NCBI GenBank assembly: GCA_963668355.1
Contig: OY764265.1
Location: 256,001 to 320,000 of the forward strand
Origin: Bdellovibrionota bacterium
Lineage (GTDB): Bacteria > Bdellovibrionota_G > JALEGL01 > DATDPG01
Length of the DNA: 64,000 nt
Direction: 5' to 3'
Below the pieces are notes generated by a model. It searched no databases. It was not told the origin of the DNA and saw only the letters and a program-made list of their open reading frames with translations. How positions within the stretch are numbered: position 1 is the first letter of the stretch; the number at the start of each line of letters is the position of its first letter. Of this stretch, positions 57,226 to 64,000 are shown in pieces. A program made the position numbers and the translations under genes.

Positions 57226-59220
57226 CTACCCGGGATTAGTGGCCATCCCGTAAAGAATATGCAGAGTGAAAAGAAGGGAAATCTGTGCTTCTCGGAATAA
57301 CGTTCCAAATACACGGTGGAGCGGAATGTGAAACCATTTTCGTTCATTCCAGCGCTTCGCCATGGCCTGCCAAAAACAATCCAGATCTTGGCGCGTGTAA
57401 ACTTTGTTGATGGACAAGGCCGGATACCACTTGGTCCAGAACAAGCGAAGTTTGGAGGGAACCTTTAGAGACGGAAGTTGCACTTTGGTGCGAAGATGGG
57501 CCAACTGGATGTCGGCCAACTTCAAACTACCACGCGCCGTTGCACAGATTCGATTGATTTCCTGTGCAATCAATCGTTCTGCTTGCGTGGACTGGCGGGT
57601 CTGCAACCAGACCTCTTGCATCTCTCTCACCACGCCAAACATTCGGACAAGCTGCACGGATACTTCTTTTATACGCATTTTGAAGAACTCCCACCAACCC
57701 TGCACAGGATATCCCGGGCGGCGATCTTTTCGCTTTTTCAACTGAAACAAACCACACATCATGGGGTGGCGTTTCTCAGTCTGGATCGAATTCTTGCACC
57801 ACATGAAACGAACAAGATTGTTCCAATAATTTCGCTGCGAACTTCTTTGCAGAACCTTTTTCATGTTTTCGAGGCTGTAAAAGCTATGCCAGGCCTCGTG
57901 GTAAAGTTCCGTCCAGAGGCCATCCTTTAAATGAGGATGCCTGGTCACAGGATGATCCGAATCGTACAGATTGTAATCCGGATTCATCCATTCGCCGCGT
58001 CGAACCATTTCCATGTGGTCCTTCGAGCCGGGCAAGGGCATGAGCATGAAAAATGAGACATGATCCGGCCGAACCTCATTTTCAAGGTAGTCGAGATCTC
58101 GGCGGACCGACTCGGGCGTATCGTTTGGGAAGCCGATGATGTAACTCGCGTGGACGGAAATCTCGCGGCTTCGGTAGGCTTCGATGAGTTGGGGGTATTC
58201 ATCAACGTGGTTCTGGTTTTTTCCCGTCGCTTTGAGGTTGTCTGGATTAATGCTCTCCATGCCAATGAAGACATTGAGGCAACCGGCACGACGCGCTTTC
58301 TCGATAAAGTTTGGAATTTTCCAGGAGAGAACATCCGCCTGCATCATGAAGCTTACCGGAATCTTTTCTTTCTCTCGCAGGTGGATGAGGAGATCAAAGA
58401 TCGGTTCCCAATTTTTATTGCGAGCGAAGTTGTCATCGGTGAAGAAATAGAAGTTCACACCACGTTGGAGGTAATTGTCTCGCACGGCGGCCGCAATCCT
58501 CTCGGCCGAGCGATAGCGTACTTTCCGACCTTGCACATGGATGATCGTGCAAAAGCCGCACTCGAAGGGGCAGCCGCGGCCACAATCAATGGTACCGAAA
58601 TTAGAGGCCACAAATTTACGTAGATAGTCTTTGCGAACGATGGGCAGGGGTTGATCATAGAGATCTGGTTTGCGGCTGACAAAATCGTAGAGGGGTTCAA
58701 GGTTATCGGTGAGGGTGTCTCGAAGAAGATCCCCCCAGGTATCCTCCACCTCCCCTTTGACCACAGTGACGCCCAGATCCAAGAGTTCCTGAACCTCAGC
58801 CGGAATTTCGGGGCTGAGTTCGAGCGCGCCGCTAACGTGAAACCCGCCGATCATCACCGTAAGCCCCGCATGACGAAACTCTCGCGCCAGATCGACGGCA
58901 CGGGGAAACTGATTGGTTTGAACGCCGGCGAGGCAGACCACCGTTTTCGTGTGTCGATTGCGATGCGAGCGGCAGATGCGTCCAACGGGAATATGTTCTA
59001 CCGTTTCATCCAGGAGGTGAAGCTTGATTTTTAGGGATGGCCCGAACGCCTTCTTTTGCCTTAGGTCTTCGGTCAGACCGGCCAGACAGGCCAAGGTATT
59101 GCTTGGTAATACACCTCGCCAGTGGCGAACCACATAACCGTCGTCGTCATAACGGGAGGGTTTGATTAGGTAGAGTTGAAGCCTCTTGATTCCGGAATAT
59201 GTTTTCATTGATGAACTCAT
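57226..59220 (-). CDS. B12-binding radical SAM protein of unknown function
   Basis: IKPSRYDDDGY N-terminus, IGGFH, GRGCPFECGFC (CxxxCxxC), FFTDDNF, FIGMES; start uncertain (59220 or 59208). Confidence 0.88.
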   Translation of the reverse strand: MSSSMKTYSGIKRLQLYLIKPSRYDDDGYVVRHWRGVLPSNTLACLAGLTEDLRQKKAFGPSLKIKLHLLDETVEHIPVGRICRSHRNRHTKTVVCLAGVQTNQFPRAVDLAREFRHAGLTVMIGGFHVSGALELSPEIPAEVQELLDLGVTVVKGEVEDTWGDLLRDTLTDNLEPLYDFVSRKPDLYDQPLPIVRKDYLRKFVASNFGTIDCGRGCPFECGFCTIIHVQGRKVRYRSAERIAAAVRDNYLQRGVNFYFFTDDNFARNKNWEPIFDLLIHLREKEKIPVSFMMQADVLSWKIPNFIEKARRAGCLNVFIGMESINPDNLKATGKNQNHVDEYPQLIEAYRSREISVHASYIIGFPNDTPESVRRDLDYLENEVRPDHVSFFMLMPLPGSKDHMEMVRRGEWMNPDYNLYDSDHPVTRHPHLKDGLWTELYHEAWHSFYSLENMKKVLQRSSQRNYWNNLVRFMWCKNSIQTEKRHPMMCGLFQLKKRKDRRPGYPVQGWWEFFKMRIKEVSVQLVRMFGVVREMQEVWLQTRQSTQAERLIAQEINRICATARGSLKLADIQLAHLRTKVQLPSLKVPSKLRLFWTKWYPALSINKVYTRQDLDCFWQAMAKRWNERKWFHIPLHRVFGTLFREAQISLLFTLHILYGMATNPG

Positions 59221-59228
59221 GAGAAAAG

Positions 59229-59256
59229 GGGGAGTGGAGGGGGGACTCCACTCCCC
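59229..59256. repeat. GC-rich hairpin repeat copy 2
   Basis: GGGGAGTGGAG-GGGGGA-CTCCACTCCCC just downstream of the ompA stop. Confidence 0.75.
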
Positions 59257-59266
59257 AAACACGAAA

Positions 59267-60742
59267 CTATGGTCTCGTGCCCATTTCGGGCGATATGACG
59301 ACATCAATTCGCCGATTCATGGCTCGGCCTTCCGTCGTGGTATTGGGCGCCACCGGTTTGGCGGGTCCGTAACCGACCGAGACGATTTGGGCATTCGTCA
59401 AGGTGCGATTGGCTAGGAAATATTCCTTCACGGCATCTGCACGGGAAAGGGACAAATGCTCGTTCATGGCGGCTGACCCGGTCGTATCCGTATGACCTTC
59501 AATGGTCACTTGCGGCTGTCCGAAGGTGCGGATGGCATGCTGCACCTTGCTTAACAGCGTGTAGTTGTCCGGCATAATTACTGATTTGCCCACCGGAAAC
59601 CGCATGGCTTTGAGTCGAATCAGAAGTTGGTCGCCTTGTTTGTAGACCTCGGCATCTTTAGGGTCAAAGTACGAACGCACTTCGCCATAAAGCTTATTAA
59701 AACGCTTCTCCGCTTCCAGTCGAGCCGTGGCCTCTTGTTCGGTTTTGCTGGTGCCTTCTAACGAGGCAATTTTTTGATGAAGATCGGCGTTCGTCATTTC
59801 CTGACTCGTGGTTTTTTCGGCTAGATACATCCGGTCTTTTTGTAGGCCGACAATCGTTCCGTTGATATTTTCCACTTGCGTCTTGAATGTCTGGTTACGC
59901 ATGTCGGGGGCAAATAACGTGTTCGCAATTTGGGTCAGCATGTTTTCCATCCAAATCGCCGATTGTTCCGGCGATTTCTTGCGCAGGGCCACGCTTTGGT
60001 CGAGCATGTATTTCAAACGTTCGGCGTGAAAGATCGCTTCGTTGGCTTTCTTAAGCATTTCCTCTCGGTTGTATCGATTTTGGGAAATGAACGAATCGGC
60101 TTCAGCCAACTTCTTCTTGGCGAGAGCTAACGTTTCCGGCACCACCTTCTTAGCCTCTCGTTTTTCGGCCTCACCGATAAGGTCACGGGCTTGGCCGAGA
60201 GCCTTTTCTTTAATGGCTCGAAGTTCGAGGTTGCGAAAGCTTTGGGTGACGCGAGGTTGGTTGTTTTTAGCCCATTCGAGATTGTTGTCTTCAATTTCTT
60301 TGGTCAGTTTTTGAAAACTGGCTTCGGCTGCGTCATAGTCTTTACCGAGCGAAGGCGCTCCAGCCGCTTGGGCGTCGTCGCGTGCGGCGATCACGTTTGG
60401 CAACGCGGTTCGGGCCACTCTGGCCATTTCATTGGCTTGCTTAAGCTCTGCCCGTCCCTGACTGACCTCGGCAAAGATGTCATCGAGGCTGCTTCCTTTT
60501 TTCTGAAGCTGCTTGGCCTTAGCTAGTGACGCTTCGGCTTTGGTATATGAAGTGGGCGCAAGTACATTTACTTTCTCGGTTCGTGCCTGATGGACAGCCG
60601 TATCCAAAGAAGAAATTTGTTCGCTGGGATTTGCGGTGGAGGAAATTTTGGTCACATTCAGACTTTTTCCTCCGCAACTCATCAACACGAGAGATGCAAA
60701 AAGCATCATCGTGCGGTTAAAAAGCTGGGTTTTCATGGTCAT
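59267..60742 (-). CDS. OmpA/MotB-domain lipoprotein with helical N-terminal repeats
   Basis: Lipobox LMSC; IEGHTD, LSLSRADAV and GRAMNRRID motifs. Confidence 0.92.
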   Translation of the reverse strand: MTMKTQLFNRTMMLFASLVLMSCGGKSLNVTKISSTANPSEQISSLDTAVHQARTEKVNVLAPTSYTKAEASLAKAKQLQKKGSSLDDIFAEVSQGRAELKQANEMARVARTALPNVIAARDDAQAAGAPSLGKDYDAAEASFQKLTKEIEDNNLEWAKNNQPRVTQSFRNLELRAIKEKALGQARDLIGEAEKREAKKVVPETLALAKKKLAEADSFISQNRYNREEMLKKANEAIFHAERLKYMLDQSVALRKKSPEQSAIWMENMLTQIANTLFAPDMRNQTFKTQVENINGTIVGLQKDRMYLAEKTTSQEMTNADLHQKIASLEGTSKTEQEATARLEAEKRFNKLYGEVRSYFDPKDAEVYKQGDQLLIRLKAMRFPVGKSVIMPDNYTLLSKVQHAIRTFGQPQVTIEGHTDTTGSAAMNEHLSLSRADAVKEYFLANRTLTNAQIVSVGYGPAKPVAPNTTTEGRAMNRRIDVVISPEMGTRP

Positions 60743-60840
60743 GTTCCTTTCGGCACACCGAAACCTGGAAAAACAATTTTTTCAGGGAGAGGTGCTCCAT
60801 TTTGTGAATCGACTAAACGTATATCTTGATCCCAGGCCGT

Positions 60841-60883
60841 CGACGATAAGGAAGTTTCAGCCCACTATGTCGAAAAAACCGAC
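60841..60883 (-). promoter_or_regulatory. Island LysR-type motif copy E (ompA-rSAM-hpf-DUF1003)
   Basis: cgacgataaggaagt-N13-gtcgaaaaaaccgac. Confidence 0.8.
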
Positions 60884-60997
60884 CTATTCAAAAGGGCCGT
60901 GAAAAACGGGTCTTGCCCGGCCCTCATTGGGTGGATAAGGCCTATCTAAGAGACTGTGGTTTTACCGGCTTTGGGTTTGGCTTCTTAGTCAGGAAAA

Positions 60998-61201
60998 CTA
61001 TTTTAAGAGGATTCCCTTTTTCGTGATGGCACGTTCCGCGGTGAGCCAGTCTTCTAACTCACGGCCGCCGGCAAAACCGCGGTTTTCCGCTTCAAAGTAG
61101 GCAGCTTTCGCGATCTTCGCGTGGTCATCAGCTTGCGTTAGGTTGGCTCGGCCTTTGGTTGAGTTGTTTGTTTTCGCTTCGTTTTTTCGTTTTATATACA
61201 T
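60998..61201 (-). CDS. DUF2934 family small protein (copy 2)
   Basis: IAKAAYFEAENRGF.GGRELEDWLTAE signature. Confidence 0.82.
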   Translation of the reverse strand: MYIKRKNEAKTNNSTKGRANLTQADDHAKIAKAAYFEAENRGFAGGRELEDWLTAERAITKKGILLK

Positions 61202-61216
61202 AGACGCCTCTTCTTT

Positions 61217-61420
61217 TTACGAATGTTGGGTTGTGGGTAAGGGAAGGATTTCAGAAACCTTAACGGCTTTTTCGTTCTGGTCAGGATTCTTGATTGATGC
61301 TGTATCGGGAGTTCTGGTCATAGAAGTATGACTTTTCGCCACACCAGGCCAAGTGTCGGCCAAAGCTAATTGCACGTTGCGTGCGGCCGTTAGTGCCGGC
61401 AATGTAAATATTTCTTTCAT
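61217..61420 (-). CDS. Small hypothetical protein
   Basis: GGAGG RBS; first gene downstream of motif F. Confidence 0.5.
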   Translation of the reverse strand: MKEIFTLPALTAARNVQLALADTWPGVAKSHTSMTRTPDTASIKNPDQNEKAVKVSEILPLPTTQHS

Positions 61421-61504
61421 AGTTTCCTCCGTTTAGGGACGGGTTGCGCTCGTGTCAAACGTGATCTGAGCTAGGAGATGATTCATACATTCCAAACAAT
61501 CTGG

Positions 61505-61547
61505 CGACTATTCGGAAGTTTAAGTGTGCATTGTCGAAAAAAACGAC
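61505..61547 (-). promoter_or_regulatory. Island LysR-type motif copy F, in the divergent promoter next to the nhaR-like gene
   Basis: cgactattcggaagt-N13-gtcgaaaaaaacgac, ending 13 bp before the LysR ATG. Confidence 0.8.
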
Positions 61548-61560
61548 GTATAGCAGGGGC

Positions 61561-62463
61561 ATGGAATGGCTCAACTACCACCATCTTTTATATTTCTGGG
61601 TTGTAGCCAAAGAGGGAAGTATCGTGGCGGCGAGTCGGCAGTTGCGTCTCGCCCATCCTACCATTAGCGGTCAGATCCATCGGCTTGAGGAAATGCTTGG
61701 GCAAAAATTGTTTACGAAAAAAGGACGGAATATCGTTCTGACCGAAGAAGGCCGAGTGGCCTTTCGTTACGCCGAAGAAATTTTCACACTTGGGAACGAG
61801 TTTTTAGACACGGTCAAAGGTCAGCCGAGCAGTTGGCCTTTGCGTTTGGTTGTGGGGGTTTCGGATGCCCTTGCCAAGTCCGTCGTGTACAGAATTCTGC
61901 AGCCTGTATTCAGTCTGGACAAGGATGTTCAAGTGGTCTGTCGCGATGATCGTTCGATCAAAGAATTCATGGGGGATTTGGCCTTGGGTGAAGTGGATGT
62001 CGTGCTTTCGGATGCCCCGGCGGGTCCCGGTTCGCCCGTGCGGGCTTTTAGCCATCTTCTTGGTGAGTGTGGCACAGCCTTTTTTGCGGCCCCCGCGCTG
62101 GCCAACAAACTTCGGCGCAAATTTCCGCAGTCGCTCGATGGTGCCTCTTTTCTAGTGCCAGGCATTGATTCTACGCTTCGCCGAGCGTTGCGGGGATGGT
62201 TTGAGAGGCTGGATATCCAGCCAAAGATTATCGCCGAATTGGATGACGCGGCGCTGGCCAAGATTTTTTGTGAGGCTGGGTTGGGCGTGATGGCGGCCCC
62301 TGATGTTAGTGAGAAGGAAGTGAAGGCGCGCTACCATGTGCAGGTGGTTGGTCGGTCAGAAAAGGTGCGGCAACAAGTTTTTGCGATTTCGCTTGAACGA
62401 AAAATCAAACATCCTGCGGTGATCACGATTTGTGAGGCGGCACGGAAGAGCGTTTTTTCTTGA
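61561..62463 (+). CDS. nhaR: NhaR-like LysR family transcriptional activator
   Basis: MEWLNYHHLLYFWVVAKEGSI...PTISGQI, VGVSDALAKS, DDAALAK and ERKIKHPAV are NhaR subfamily hallmarks. Confidence 0.85.
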   Translation: MEWLNYHHLLYFWVVAKEGSIVAASRQLRLAHPTISGQIHRLEEMLGQKLFTKKGRNIVLTEEGRVAFRYAEEIFTLGNEFLDTVKGQPSSWPLRLVVGVSDALAKSVVYRILQPVFSLDKDVQVVCRDDRSIKEFMGDLALGEVDVVLSDAPAGPGSPVRAFSHLLGECGTAFFAAPALANKLRRKFPQSLDGASFLVPGIDSTLRRALRGWFERLDIQPKIIAELDDAALAKIFCEAGLGVMAAPDVSEKEVKARYHVQVVGRSEKVRQQVFAISLERKIKHPAVITICEAARKSVFS

Positions 62464-62863
62464 GTTTGGTTGATCGTTTGGACGCAACTTTTCTTTTTTT
62501 CTTAGGGGCGCGTTTAGTAGGTAGGGAATTTTTTTTAGTCACAGGTTTTGATATTCTCTCCTGACGTTCTTGTTCTAGTTTAATGATGCGAGCCACAGAG
62601 CGAGCCGCACGATCCACGGCTCGATTGAAGGCGGTAAACACATCAGGATCAGTTTCTTGCACATTCACCGAACGGGCCAAGCCCACTTGGATGCGGCAGC
62701 GTTTTTCCGCGGGGCTGTGATGGACATTCGAGTTGGAAAGGTGGACGGTAACATGGTCGATGTTTTCAGCGAATCGGCTTAAGGCAAAACCAAGTCTAAG
62801 TTCAACATGTGAACGCAGAGTCTTGGTGACTCTGATGTCACAACTTTGTATTTGAATCTTCAT
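62423..62863 (-). CDS. HPF/RaiA family protein (copy 3) with Lys-rich tail
   Basis: LRSHVELRLGFALSRF...VHLS...KRCRIQV...RAVDR. Confidence 0.85.
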   Translation of the reverse strand: MKIQIQSCDIRVTKTLRSHVELRLGFALSRFAENIDHVTVHLSNSNVHHSPAEKRCRIQVGLARSVNVQETDPDVFTAFNRAVDRAARSVARIIKLEQERQERISKPVTKKNSLPTKRAPKKKRKVASKRSTKLKKKRSSVPPHKS

Positions 62864-62895
62864 GGCAAAGATACGTTACGCTTCCTGGAGATGCC

Positions 62896-62938
62896 CGAAT
62901 ATAAGGAAATGACAGGACGAAACGTTGTAATATCCGTC
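62896..62938 (-). promoter_or_regulatory. Island LysR-type motif copy G (hpf3), degenerate
   Basis: cgaatataaggaaat-N13-gttgtaatatccgtc. Confidence 0.5.
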
Positions 62939-63065
62939 ATGGGAAATCCGAACGGAAACAGCCCACGGCAGCGTTCGCCACCGCAGGCTGTGTTGTCACG
63001 CTACGAATTGATCTTACGCGTAGGGGGAAGGGGTGGTAAGGATCCGTAGAGTGTGATCAAGCAAT

Positions 63066-63266
63066 TTATTGTTTGGGAAGGGATTTTTGAAAAGCAGCGA
63101 TTTCTTTTTCGACATCCGATTTAGAACGTTTGTAAACTGTGGACACTTTATTGGCTAGGATCGACATGTCTTTTCCAATTGTGCGGATGTCGCCCTCGCT
63201 TAGCTTTTCCCATTTAGCATGAATTTTTTCACTTAATGTTGTTTCTGAACCTTTGGATTCGGTCAT
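63066..63266 (-). CDS. CsbD-like small stress protein
   Basis: AAGGAG RBS; KIHAKWEKLSEGDI...KVSTVY...VEKEI pattern. Confidence 0.65.
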   Translation of the reverse strand: MTESKGSETTLSEKIHAKWEKLSEGDIRTIGKDMSILANKVSTVYKRSKSDVEKEIAAFQKSLPKQ

Positions 63267-63334
63267 CTTAATTCTCCTTGAAAACGATTTGGTAGTTGTA
63301 TTTGAATGTCCTGTATATCGATGATGGCGCTCAA

Positions 63335-63377
63335 TAAATATGAGGAAATATGAAAGAAAGGCGTCGACAAAAACAAC
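63335..63377 (-). promoter_or_regulatory. Island LysR-type motif copy H (csbD-like)
   Basis: taaatatgaggaaat-N13-gtcgacaaaaacaac. Confidence 0.62.
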
Positions 63378-63608
63378 GTGTATGAAAACGTGCCTGTTGT
63401 TCGTTTTTTGCCAACCCGGCTGAGCAAAAAACACCAAAGGCATTCTTGAAATCGCAGCCTCCGATGGGAGCCCGGAAACCCCAGCTTATTTGCTGGATCA
63501 TGCCTACGCAGTTGCACCTGATGTTCTTAAAGCCGCACGCAATGCACAGAATTTATAAGTCGGGGGGGCAGGTAGGGACCTGCCCGCGACTTACAGTTTC
63601 TCGCATTC

Positions 63609-64000
63609 TTATGATGGTCTATTACCACTGTTTCCAGGTGAGGAATCCGAAGATGCCATGCCTAACCCGGGCAAGGGTGCCATCGCCGAATCCGACGCCC
63701 TGCCGGTCTGGTCGGCTTCCATCATGGCGTTGCGCATTTGTTCGGTGAGAGTGCTGAGATTGCCCGGCGAGTGGGGAATCAGGATCGCATTTGTCCGCGA
63801 CGAGGCACCGATCTCCTTAAGCATGTCAAAATATTGGGTCATCAACACGAGGTTCATCACATCTTTTGCGGTTGTGCCCGGCACGGACTTCCGAAACTCA
63901 TCCACCGAATCGCGCAGACCCGCGACAATGGCTTGGCGTTGATCGGCAATGCCTCGACCCTGCAGGGCCTTGCTTTGAGCATCGCCCTCAGCAGCCTTGA
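63609..64000 (-). CDS. SPFH/band 7 domain protein C-terminus, 5'-partial
   Basis: ALQGRGIADQRQAIVAGLRDSV...VLMTQYFDMLKEIG...IPHSPG, typical of HIR-like SPFH proteins. Confidence 0.85.
   Translation of the reverse strand, partial: KAAEGDAQSKALQGRGIADQRQAIVAGLRDSVDEFRKSVPGTTAKDVMNLVLMTQYFDMLKEIGASSRTNAILIPHSPGNLSTLTEQMRNAMMEADQTGRASDSAMAPLPGLGMASSDSSPGNSGNRPS

Noticed and set aside
52875..59307. Extended N-termini of the HAD (53618) and radical SAM (59307) ORFs
   Set aside because: The extensions merely read through the shared GC hairpin; downstream ATGs are more plausible.

Overview
Bacterial DNA; several proteins look deltaproteobacterial or Bdellovibrionota-like, but taxonomy cannot be fixed from this window. 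There are four zones. (1) 1-12.9 kb is backbone: PLD-EEP-DUF883 cluster, cupin-nrfH-nrfA with a CxxCH-type NrfA behind an FNR-like box, miaA, mntP, tspO and a ZIP transporter. (2) 12.9-17.8 kb is a variable patch with a nucleotidyltransferase/antitoxin-like pair, two 134-bp inverted-repeat elements flanking EamA-PAP2-dgkA, and two tRNA-3'-like palindromic junctions. (3) 17.8-34.5 kb and 47-64 kb are two related stress-island blocks carrying hsp20-groES-groEL, ackA-xfp, a complete N-type ATPase operon (atpDCQRBEFAG, with Na+-type c-subunit residues and an HPF gene inserted), glgP-pgm-HAD, three HPF/RaiA paralogues, an OmpA lipoprotein, a B12 radical SAM enzyme and an NhaR-like LysR regulator. 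(4) 34.6-46.9 kb holds a type III PKS, VIT1, tkt-pgl-zwf, gnd and a frameshifted tamA plus tamB. The main finding is a bipartite 43-bp motif (CGACTATnnGGAAGT-N13-GTCGnAAAAnnCGAC) found 11 times with invariant spacing. It lies upstream of essentially every island transcription unit and beside the nhaR-like gene, which suggests a self-contained LysR regulon linking Na+ pumping, glycogen-to-acetate ATP supply, chaperones and ribosome hibernation. Several deletion scars (ackA', gnd', a ghost ompA, a head-to-head fusion) record duplication and decay. No rRNA, complete tRNA, CRISPR array or integrase was seen.
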